From positions 1 through 36,798 of the IMG/VR virus record IMGVR_UViG_3300005573_000186: a stretch of DNA of 36,798 bases, one strand, 5' to 3'. Below the pieces are notes generated by a model that did not search any database, had not been told where the DNA came from, and saw nothing but the letters and a program-made list of their open reading frames with translations. Positions within the stretch are counted from its first letter, which is position 1, and each line of letters begins with the position of its first letter. Position numbers and translations under genes: made by a program. This document shows positions 26,717 to 34,787 of the stretch, one piece after another. The DNA comes from a virus (taxonomy: Duplodnaviria > Caudoviricetes).

Positions 26717-26809
26717 AATGCCATATTGCTCCCTATGAACATGTGCAGTTTATCTTAAGTTATCAATGGCTAACTGTTTATAACCATGGATAAAGTTAGG
26801 AACTATAGA

Positions 26810-27316
26810 TTATCTCAATGAGATTACAATCTTTCCTAACCATAGCAATATATCATCCTCATCTATGAAAATGGCTTGGCCATTTTCTGTTAGTAAGAAC
26901 TGATCTTGCTGACATGACAAGATATACGATATTACAGCCTCAATATAAGAGCTTTTGGTGCTGGTAGCTAAAAAAATAGCTTGCCCATCCTCTGTTAACA
27001 AAAACTGTTCATCCTGGCACCACAAGACATATGGGACTACAGCATCACTAACACTTGGTACCTTGATACCTCTTACTGGCTGGTTGAAGAAGTATTTGAT
27101 TTCTGACTGATTTGCTACTGCACACGCTACACTGAAGATTGGATTACCATTTGCGTCTGTAACAGTAAATGTATCACCAACGAATGTAGGGTTTTGCCAT
27201 TCGATAGAATTGAGGAAGAATACAGTTTTGGAATCGCCATAGAGGATATCACCTAAATCTATTTCAGAGGTGAAGGTATCAAGGACTATAGGGTTTGTAG
27301 TTAGGCTGTTTGCCAT
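26810..27316 (-). CDS. Putative virion protein with an internal duplicated LxCQxxQFLLTExGQAIF motif
   Basis: YVLWCQDEQFLLTEDGQAIF and YILSCQQDQFLLTENGQAIF. SD AGGAG. Confidence 0.7.
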   Translation of the reverse strand: MANSLTTNPIVLDTFTSEIDLGDILYGDSKTVFFLNSIEWQNPTFVGDTFTVTDANGNPIFSVACAVANQSEIKYFFNQPVRGIKVPSVSDAVVPYVLWCQDEQFLLTEDGQAIFLATSTKSSYIEAVISYILSCQQDQFLLTENGQAIFIDEDDILLWLGKIVISLR

Positions 27317-27334
27317 GGCAACTCTCCTATAATT

Positions 27335-27991
27335 TTAAAATATCCAAGGCTTTAAATGCCCTACCCTAACCTCAGGATCTATAAATATTTCAAATCCTGC
27401 TTTTTTAGCATTGATGCAGAAGCCAACATCTTCCATTGAGAAATCCTTGCAGTTATCTATTTCAAACCATTCAGGTCTGAACCAAGGGTATTCCATTTTC
27501 TCAAATACTCCTTTCTTGATAAGACAGAAACCAAAACCTATGTAGTCAACAGGAATAAGACCTTGTCCGTTCTTCTCTGCTTTCTCTATCGTCTCTGGTG
27601 TTAGATATTCCATGTAACCGTTTTTCCTGAAATAGTCTTCATTTATATAGCCACAGGTAAATCCATTGCCGCCTTCAAAGGATTGCAGGGCTGATACTAT
27701 GTCTACGTTGTGGTTGAGTAATCTCTGGAATTGTGCTGGAGAAAAGATAGTATCGCTGTCTATCCAACAAGTATAGTCGTAGTCTAATTTCCCATCAAAC
27801 GGTCTTTGGTCTTTTCCTCTTTGGACATCTGCGCCAAGCAACATGTTTCTCACATAGTAGATGTTGCAGGAATATTTCCTGTTAACGATAACCTGTATCC
27901 CATTCTGAACGCAATAAAATAGCAAACTATTCCAACAATCAAGCCATTCGCCACTGAATTGTCTGCCAGGTATGCAAAACAGCACTTTCAT
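27335..27991 (-). CDS. Glycosyltransferase, GT-A fold (GT2-like)
   Basis: RNxL, WIDSD (DxD), GFGFCLIKKGVFE, EDVGFC, VRVGH. TAATG overlap with the fibre gene. Confidence 0.88.
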   Translation of the reverse strand: MKVLFCIPGRQFSGEWLDCWNSLLFYCVQNGIQVIVNRKYSCNIYYVRNMLLGADVQRGKDQRPFDGKLDYDYTCWIDSDTIFSPAQFQRLLNHNVDIVSALQSFEGGNGFTCGYINEDYFRKNGYMEYLTPETIEKAEKNGQGLIPVDYIGFGFCLIKKGVFEKMEYPWFRPEWFEIDNCKDFSMEDVGFCINAKKAGFEIFIDPEVRVGHLKPWIF

Positions 27992-29301
27992 TATTGAGCT
28001 ACCTGCGCTTCAAGTTGTTCTACCTTCTGAATGAGTAACTGAACAGCACCATAGAGAACTTTTACAATCTGGTCAGAGTTGACTGTCTTGCAGTTTTCTA
28101 TTTCAACCTTGGTCTTTTTTGGTCTTGTTTTCTTTACCATCCTTGGGACTTGATAGGTTAATTGAGTACCATCCTCTTTAAGAACAGGATTGCCTTGTTC
28201 ATCAACTACCCCTACCTCATCATACAAGAATGTTTTCTTTTCTTCTGTTACTGTTATAGTGACTTGAACAGGCACACCGTCTCTGATTTCAATAACTTTT
28301 TTTTCTCTCTCTATTGTTTCTATTGTATAATCATGCTCCTCGTATTCTTCCACACCGTCATCAATTTCTACATCGCCTGTATATTTAGGAATTATATCAA
28401 CAGCTTTAGGGAATACCTGTTCAACGTCTGTTGCTATCCAGCCAAGCATACCTCTATCTTTCGCTGCTTTTGAAGAGTAAATGTCATCTCTCCATCTAAA
28501 GTATTTGAGTGGCAGAGATTTAACTATTTCAAGACAACGATTAAGGTCAGCAAGTTGAATGTCTGTTTTCAGACGTTCGTCTGATGTTACTGTCCATGTG
28601 TTTGTTGATGGTTTAGCAGCAGAGTCAGTACTAAGTTCTAATTGATAAGCAGGGTTTGTTTTGCCGATGCCGACGTTACCATTGCAAGTAACAACGAATC
28701 TTTCTGAAACAGGTTGACCTGTTCCTCTTGGAGCAGTAAAGATACAGAATCGAGATAAATCACTATCACCCGTCCCATACCACCCTATACCGCCCTGGTC
28801 TCTGCTAGGAGTATCAGAAGTCATAGTTGTCGGAAAAATTCCTGTACAGGTTGCAACTGCTCCAGAAAAAGTAAAATATTCTACGGCTGTATTTTCGCCC
28901 AAATAAGCCCTTATCCCAACCCCTCCGTATATTGCAGTATTTTGTAAAGCCAAAACGGGGTTAGTAAACCATGTTGACGCATCAGAAATTGATGCGCTTA
29001 GCTTCGCAGCTGGACTCGCCGGCCCAATGCTAACGTTAGTCCCATCTGTATAGATAGGGCTATCCTCAAGCCCTGTTGAATCACTTGTATGTTTTGGAAT
29101 GTAGCCGTTTGAAAGATTTGTTAGTTTGACTGTCCCAAAGGTAGGACTGGCATCACTCCTCACACTCTGATTTACCATTTGGTTCAACAAATTCTGGGGG
29201 GTGATTTTTTTAGTCACATTGTTAGCAACATCAACAATCGGCAAAACATCATTGCCTAGATTAGGGGTTGTATAATTGGTCAATTCTGTGATCTTCGGCA
29301 T
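27991..29301 (-). CDS. Tail fibre with C-terminal peptidase S74 intramolecular chaperone
   Basis: N-terminal KITEL...DVLPIVD..TKKIT; GNVGIG repeats; SDERLKTDI cleavage motif; GWIAxDVEQVFP; terminal coiled coil. Confidence 0.88.
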   Translation of the reverse strand: MPKITELTNYTTPNLGNDVLPIVDVANNVTKKITPQNLLNQMVNQSVRSDASPTFGTVKLTNLSNGYIPKHTSDSTGLEDSPIYTDGTNVSIGPASPAAKLSASISDASTWFTNPVLALQNTAIYGGVGIRAYLGENTAVEYFTFSGAVATCTGIFPTTMTSDTPSRDQGGIGWYGTGDSDLSRFCIFTAPRGTGQPVSERFVVTCNGNVGIGKTNPAYQLELSTDSAAKPSTNTWTVTSDERLKTDIQLADLNRCLEIVKSLPLKYFRWRDDIYSSKAAKDRGMLGWIATDVEQVFPKAVDIIPKYTGDVEIDDGVEEYEEHDYTIETIEREKKVIEIRDGVPVQVTITVTEEKKTFLYDEVGVVDEQGNPVLKEDGTQLTYQVPRMVKKTRPKKTKVEIENCKTVNSDQIVKVLYGAVQLLIQKVEQLEAQVAQ

Positions 29302-29340
29302 GGTAACCTCCTTATTTTGTTATTTAGAGGGCTTTGCCCT

Positions 29341-29736
29341 CTATCTATCTAAGCTTAATCTCTCTCCAAACCATTCTGATATTATAGCTATATAGAACTG
29401 TTTTATACCTGTGTCAAGGGGAATGTTTAATCCCCATGATATCCCTATGTGAAATATGGCAAAACTGATTACTACTGGGCGGATTAATGCACGCCAGCCT
29501 GCAATCCACGTAGGGATATTTCCTACAACATCCCTATTGAACCATTTGACTCGGCTTTCAGTATATGTTGTGAGAGCCTTAATGTAGTCTGGTAGTGCTT
29601 CTGGTTTAGTGGTTGCAAGAGAAGCCATAGTTGATTCAGGTGAATCATCCCCTTTTTTGAGCAGTTTTTTCTTGATTAGGTCAAATACTGGGGGGAGGAT
29701 TAACCCGCCTAATGATATGAGAGCATCTATACCCAT
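29341..29736 (-). CDS. Holin (GTA 3TM-like)
   Basis: Hydrophobic helices, WRALIRPVV and WFGER motifs. Adjacent to the endolysin. Confidence 0.7.
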   Translation of the reverse strand: MGIDALISLGGLILPPVFDLIKKKLLKKGDDSPESTMASLATTKPEALPDYIKALTTYTESRVKWFNRDVVGNIPTWIAGWRALIRPVVISFAIFHIGISWGLNIPLDTGIKQFYIAIISEWFGERLSLDR

Positions 29737-29791
29737 GATCCTTCCTTGTATAGGATCTTATAAAACATTGTATGTAAGTGTAAATTTATAA

Positions 29792-30247
29792 TCATAATTC
29801 TTCCTCGTAGAATACATTCCATAGTCTTAATGTTCGGTTAATCCAACCTCGGAAGAACTTACTCTGATCTTTGTTACGATCCACTAATGAAGAATAGTAT
29901 AACTGCATTTTGAATAAGAAGTCACGCCAGTTAGCTGTTTGGTTGCGAGCATTGATGGATGGTTTAGGGGCATTAACAAGCATACAAAAGAAGATGATAT
30001 TGTAAGGGTAGGGAAGAGAGGCGCAGTCATATTTATTCCAGAAATTGGTGAGGTAAAACGATTGTGCGTAGGCCTTGGATTCCTCAGGAGACATATTAGA
30101 CATAGCTGATACTACTTCAGGGAAGTTCCTCTCTGATATTCCCCAAATTGTTCTCCCCCCTAAATCTCCTTGGAGGTCAGAAGTGTATCCTTCCAATTCA
30201 CACAACTTCTGAAACGCTATTTCAAAGTACTCATCGTTATCAGGCAT
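29792..30247 (-). CDS. Endolysin, glycoside hydrolase family 108
   Basis: EGY..D..DLGGRTIWGIS catalytic motif and C-terminal KFFRGWINR. Confidence 0.88.
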   Translation of the reverse strand: MPDNDEYFEIAFQKLCELEGYTSDLQGDLGGRTIWGISERNFPEVVSAMSNMSPEESKAYAQSFYLTNFWNKYDCASLPYPYNIIFFCMLVNAPKPSINARNQTANWRDFLFKMQLYYSSLVDRNKDQSKFFRGWINRTLRLWNVFYEEEL

Positions 30248-30599
30248 TTTGGCCTCCGAGGAGTCTAATAGCTTGATCTCTTGTTATGTTGCATCCATAT
30301 TTGGTTACCAAAAAGTCTGCTATCACTTCAAGACCAGTAGGCATGATCTCCAACTGTTTCTTATATGCCTCTATTTCAAATTTAAGTCTCCAGGTTTCGG
30401 AAAACTTATAAAGCAAGGCATATCCTATCCAACCATATCTCCAAAACTGTTTGCAGTGGGTTAGTTCATGTTGGATGATTGCTTCAGGTGGATTAGGATT
30501 TGTTAGGACAAAAAATCCATATGATTTAGCAAAGTATTTATCTACTTTGCAAACAATGAATAGTACAGGGATTATCTTATATATCCATTTGATAAACAT
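30240..30599 (-). CDS. HExxH metallopeptidase-like protein (DUF4157-like)
   Basis: HELTHCKQ...FEIEAY. Confidence 0.65.
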   Translation of the reverse strand: MFIKWIYKIIPVLFIVCKVDKYFAKSYGFFVLTNPNPPEAIIQHELTHCKQFWRYGWIGYALLYKFSETWRLKFEIEAYKKQLEIMPTGLEVIADFLVTKYGCNITRDQAIRLLGGQNA

Positions 30600-30779
30600 T
30601 TATGTCGCTCTTCTTTTCCTCCCACGTTTTCTTTTCTTAGCAAAATCCTCTAATTGTTGTTCTGTCATTGACTCAGCAATCTTAGCAAGTTTAGGGGAAT
30701 AAGATTTAGGGGTCTTTTTCCTCTTTATGCTAAGAGCTATCGCCATTGCCCTTCTTTGTTTCTCTGATACTGCTGGCAT
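30600..30779 (-). CDS. DUF3008-like small basic protein (59 aa)
   Basis: MPAVSEKQRRAMAIALSIKR...AESMTEQQLEDFAK. SD AAGGAG. Not in the ORF track. Confidence 0.8.
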   Translation of the reverse strand: MPAVSEKQRRAMAIALSIKRKKTPKSYSPKLAKIAESMTEQQLEDFAKKRKRGRKRRAT

Positions 30780-30802
30780 TTGTTATCTCCTTAAAGCTAT
30801 AC

Positions 30803-31012
30803 TTAAGGTTTCATTTTACCTGCGAAAATAGCAGTGATACCACCTAATACTCCGCCAAGGAATGAAAGTGCTTTATCAAAATGCTTGTGGTTTTCAAGTA
30901 GCTTAACTCTACGATTAAGATTTTGAATAGCACAATAAACTAACCAAGATTGTTGTGTCTGTGGCAACTTCTCCCAATCCTCTCTGGCTATATCAACCAT
31001 AAAACCATCCAT
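30803..31012 (-). CDS. Small protein with coiled coil and C-terminal TM helix
   Basis: LNRRVKLLEN followed by FLGGVLGGITAIFAG. Start is uncertain (31012 or 31057). Confidence 0.65.
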   Translation of the reverse strand: MDGFMVDIAREDWEKLPQTQQSWLVYCAIQNLNRRVKLLENHKHFDKALSFLGGVLGGITAIFAGKMKP

Positions 31013-31100
31013 CTGCCAACCCCTATTTTGTATAAGAATATTCACTGCTTGGTGCATTGCTTTCTCTTACAGATCCTATTGTTGCCATCTTTATATCCAT

Positions 31101-31571
31101 CTATTTTGTGTACTGTGCCCCGCAAAACGGGCAGTTAGATGTTATTTCATAATCTTTTATTGGGCCATATTGATTGTAATAGGCAAAATTATTCTGGCTT
31201 TCGATTAATATATATTGCCCCTCTGCTCCTTTTAGAGCTGGCATTATTGGATTTTGATATGGTAATTTATAAGGGAACAAGATCTCATAACTATCTTGTG
31301 CGTTAATGGGATCTAAACTCTCAGTGATGAGGTAGTAGTATAGTAACTCATCCTCACAAGTGATGACTTCCTCTTTTATATCTGATTCTATGATATTGAT
31401 TGAACTTCGTGACTGGGTTGGGGAGATTTTCTTAGTATCTATTATAAATCCACAAAATTGGCATCTTATAAACCTGTTCTTGGCATCTCCATCCCCAGGT
31501 AAATACCGAGCTTTTTTAACCCCTCTTGATTTCCTTGTTATCTCGGTGTCTCCTACCCTGGAGTACAGCAT
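31101..31571 (-). CDS. Split Zn-ribbon protein
   Basis: CQFCGF and CPFCG separated by about 105 aa. Confidence 0.7.
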   Translation of the reverse strand: MLYSRVGDTEITRKSRGVKKARYLPGDGDAKNRFIRCQFCGFIIDTKKISPTQSRSSINIIESDIKEEVITCEDELLYYYLITESLDPINAQDSYEILFPYKLPYQNPIMPALKGAEGQYILIESQNNFAYYNQYGPIKDYEITSNCPFCGAQYTK

Positions 31572-31576
31572 GATTA

Positions 31577-31879
31577 TTACCCGTCAGATGAGTTTATGCT
31601 TTGTGAGTTCCTTAAGGTTTCCTGGAATTGCTTAGTTAGGTTCTCAACAACTTTGCTTGTGGTTTTCTCTGCAAATACTGACTTGAGAGTGTCAAAAACA
31701 TTTAAGGAGGAAAGGATTTTGAGGGCTACTTCTGCTTTTTGTTTTTTGAGGTCAGGATCCTTACTGCGTAGAAGGTCTATCACAGCCTGCACGGCATCGG
31801 GTAAAGCCTCCGCCAGCATAGCCGCATGATCTCTAATGCCATCATCAGGGTATTGTAGCTGTATCTTTCTCCCTGCCAT
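31577..31879 (-). CDS. Putative terminase small subunit
   Basis: First gene of the late operon. Helical DAVQAVIDLLRSKD...AEVALKIL pattern. ATG 31879 is preferred because TTG 31906 overlaps the putative promoter. Confidence 0.45.
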   Translation of the reverse strand: MAGRKIQLQYPDDGIRDHAAMLAEALPDAVQAVIDLLRSKDPDLKKQKAEVALKILSSLNVFDTLKSVFAEKTTSKVVENLTKQFQETLRNSQSINSSDG

Positions 31880-31886
31880 ATCTATC

Positions 31887-31914
31887 TCTTTAACATAGTT
31901 TGGCAAAATGTCAA
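31887..31914 (-). promoter_or_regulatory. Possible promoter for the late operon
   Basis: TTGACA (31914-31909), 16-bp spacer, weak TAAAGA preceded by TG. Confidence 0.35.
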
Positions 31915-32107
31915 CTAAATTTTTTAGCCAACCACAAAAAATTTTCCCGTTTTTATGTCGCTCATCCGTATGCCCCAGGAAGAGTGGAAACTATAAAATC
32001 TGGCTAAGTTTAGGTTAGAGGGCATCTGCCACACAAAACACCCCGCGGGGAGGGGAAGATCTGGATAAACTATCTTCTCTTAATTTCCCGAACTTTTTGT
32101 CTTATGG

Positions 32108-32232
32108 TTCGAATAACGCACCAGACGCACAGAAATGGCCCTATTTTCGATTTTGCGATCTGACCCTTATAAAGATACTTACAAAGACATTATCGGCGCA
32201 AGGAGAGGCTATTCTGCCAGCCTGAGAGGCAT
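32108..32232. repeat. Dispersed dyad element, copy B
   Basis: TTCGAATAAC.CACCAGACG..CAGAA.TG.C..TATTTTCGATTTT...TTATCG...GGCTAT.TCTG...TGAGAGGCAT is shared with copy C, 215 bp downstream. Confidence 0.9.
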
Positions 32233-32322
32233 TTCTTAAAATATCACAGACTATATTCCCTCTGACCATGATTATGGGGGTGGGCAAAATATAATCAAAT
32301 TATCTAATTTTTCCGATTTAAA

Positions 32323-32447
32323 TTCGAATAACTCACCAGACGGCCAGAATTGCCTTTATTTTCGATTTTTGTCTTCAACCCTTTATTTGGTATTGACTCT
32401 AATGTTATCGCCTCAAAGAAGGCTATTTCTGTGAGGATGAGAGGCAT
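32323..32447. repeat. Dispersed dyad element, copy C
   Basis: Colinear with copies A and B. Confidence 0.9.
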
Positions 32448-32637
32448 ATTTGTGATATGTCTCTATCTGATTTCTATGAAGGCAGGTGGATGGTTGGGGT
32501 AGATGCTAACAGAGAGTGTAGATTTGGGTGTGAGGGGGCTAATGCAGGGAAGGGGTAATTAAGTAGGGACGAGAGAGGGGGGGGTGGGGTGGCGGCGCGC
32601 TTTTTTACTTCTCTCTTCTCTCTCTCTTCTCTTCTTT

Positions 32638-32794
32638 CTAGATATCCAGATTATATCTAGTACGCGTATTACTAGTAATGCAGGTTATATAGTATACGCG
32701 TATTACTAATCTTTAAATTATATATCTAGGTATTTAATATATATACTAGTCCAGTCAAGACTAATACACTAGTAGATTTACTAGTACTATCTAG
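32638..32794. other. AT-rich palindrome cluster with 8 CTAG (candidate origin core)
   Basis: CTAG at 32638, 32657, 32672, 32726, 32746, 32769, 32781 and 32791. TACGCGTATTACTA occurs twice (32661, 32695). Confidence 0.6.
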
Positions 32795-33900
32795 TGAAAT
32801 ATAGCACCGTAGTTTTTAGAGTAGTTTGTGTGTATGTAGTAGTTATATACTTAGGGATAGAGGGGGTATAAGGGGGAGAAAGGGATATTAAAATTTTTTC
32901 ACATAACTCTTTGCAACGCCTCAAACCCAGGTAGAGCCTTCGTTTCAGCGTTTTTTGTATGTAATTCTAATACAATGGAAACTTTATTCTAAATTCAGGT
33001 TCCCTGATTTCCGTAGGGAAACTATATTTCACGCTCGAGTTCCAATGGAAACCGAAATCTAAAATGAAGTTTTTTTAGGTACAAAAAACTGAACTTTGCA
33101 ATAAAGTTTCCATGTTTCACCCCTATTTTACCCCATACTTTCCCACCTTTCCCACATATTTTGGCACTTTTTGGCACTTTTATGTACCTTTTATTTTCAC
33201 TAATAACGCTCAAACCATGTATTACCAACGGCTGAAAAAATGTACCTAAAAATAAATGTTCATATAAAGAAACACAAATCCCAATGCCGAACAATACCAC
33301 ACAACATAACCATCCAACCCTGTAATACAAAGCTACACGATACCCTAACACCACATCACAACATCCCCACCTCACACCCCTCTACTAACCCCCACTTACC
33401 CCATAAAAATCGCAAAAGTTAAATCTATCATACCAACATCGCATCAGACCATAACCTACCCTAACCATACCCACCTATCACCAGACCACTAAATCATCTC
33501 CTAACAGCTGAACACCCTAATAGCTATCCTTACACACTCGCAACCACCTGAAAGGATAGGCGATGGTATATCACAGCAAGCAGGAGAATATGCGCGGGTG
33601 AGAAGGTGTGGGGGAGAGAAAGAGCAACTCACAGCTATAAAGACCCCCCATTATTTGCCACCCCCCCATCCGCTCCCCTCCCCCGTCTTTCGTGTCCTTT
33701 TTGGCTTTTAGGATCTCAAGAGGCTTCACACGTTGTTTTGTCGTTATATTGTTTCGATCTCATGTGCATTTAACTTTTGCATAAACCGAACGTTTTTTTA
33801 AAATCGTCGTAGTTTATTCATCGAACGGAAAAAGATTAAGGAAGATTGAGCTAAATCATGCGTTAGAGTTTACATAATATGAGATTATCAGAAATTTTTT

Positions 33901-34148
33901 TGTTCACGGGTTGAACGATCGTTGGGTAGTTGTAGTCGCATCAATGTTTGAAGGCGGTTTGTGTATATATGTTTTGAACAGAAATTCTTGGAACTATTGA
34001 TCCTCAGTCGTTCTGGCGGTCTTTGTTCAATATGTGAACAATCCCCAAAATTCCGTCCTTTTTTTATGTTCCTATTATACAAACAGAAATTCGTGAAAGC
34101 TTTGAACGGCAACGGACTTGGCGGTAATTGTTCAGGAATTGAACAATT
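33901..34148. promoter_or_regulatory. Three TGTTCA-N5-TGAACR palindromes
   Basis: 33901-33917, 34024-34040 and 34129-34145. Confidence 0.75.
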
Positions 34149-34231
34149 GGAGAGCAAAAAACGTGTGTATAGGCTTGTCCGATCGCCCTCTTTGGATCTC
34201 CCTATCTCCCGCGCTACCCCACAAAACCATT

Positions 34232-34378
34232 TAAGTATATGCTTAAATAGTTATATACTTTTGCTATCTGGATATGAGTATATGCTCAGATAGTTATATT
34301 TTCTCACTTGGGCTGGGCTATCGATCTATCTAACCATATAACTATATAGCTATATAAGCATATGCTCAAATAGTTATA
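34232..34378. repeat. Three 24-bp direct repeats TRAGYATATGCTYARATAGTTATA
   Basis: 34232-34255, 34275-34298 and 34355-34378. Each has a dyad core. Confidence 0.88.
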
Positions 34379-34411
34379 CGTTTTCTTAATCATGGGAAGG
34401 CATCATTCTGT

Positions 34412-34499
34412 ATGCTACAATTTTGTAGAACTTTTACAATTTTGTAGCATGGTGGGGGATGTGACAAAAATTGTCACCAGGTATGACAAAATTTTGTCA
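34412..34499. promoter_or_regulatory. Paired palindromes TACAATTTTGTA x2 and TGACAA-W3/4-TTGTCA x2
   Basis: 34415-34428, 34435-34447, 34461-34477 and 34484-34499. Confidence 0.75.
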
Positions 34500-34727
34500 G
34501 TTTAGGGTTGGGGTATGTTACAAGATGCAACAGTAAGAGATTACATCGTTGTTGATCGTCATATGCGCAAACATATTTACAAATCTCATCTTGTGTGTGT
34601 AGCTAAGTTATTGTTTTTCTTGTCTATCTGCTATTTTTGCTTGCATAAACAGAACTATGACTAATTAGTCAAGCTAAGTGGTTGAAATGCTTATGAATAA
34701 AAATTTTTTTTGATGGTCATTTTTTTC

Positions 34728-34755
34728 TTGACATTAAAATTTCAAGAGATACAAT
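34728..34755 (+). promoter_or_regulatory. Sigma70-type early promoter
   Basis: TTGACA, 16-bp spacer, TACAAT, with upstream A/T tracts. About 30 bp before the first early gene. Confidence 0.8.
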
Positions 34756-34787
34756 GAGCACAAATAAACAGAGGAGATGAACTAAAA

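Noticed and set aside
29325-29343. Terminator after the holin gene (TAGAGGGC-AAA-GCCCTCTA)
   Set aside because: The hairpin is real but has no U-tract on the coding strand, and the fibre SD follows closely. At most a stabilising or processing stem.
833-30702. Numerous + strand ORFs antisense to long - strand genes (e.g. 9107..9577, 11393..11836, 13011..13436, 23620..24039)
   Set aside because: Shadow ORFs with no SD and Ser/Phe/Leu-rich composition mirroring the real genes.
31023-31100. 25-aa ORF directly after the TAG of 31101..31571 (possible readthrough)
   Set aside because: No SD or other support. Long genes are intact under the standard code, so there is no sign of stop-codon reassignment.
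33022-34293. ORFs 33022..33375, 33240..33422, 33888..34157 and 33961..34293
   Set aside because: They lie in skewed or palindrome-rich non-coding DNA, lack SD sites and give biased translations.
34232-34378. CRISPR array from the three 24-bp repeats
   Set aside because: Gaps of 19 and 56 bp are irregular, the repeats are degenerate, and the gaps contain repeat-derived sequence.
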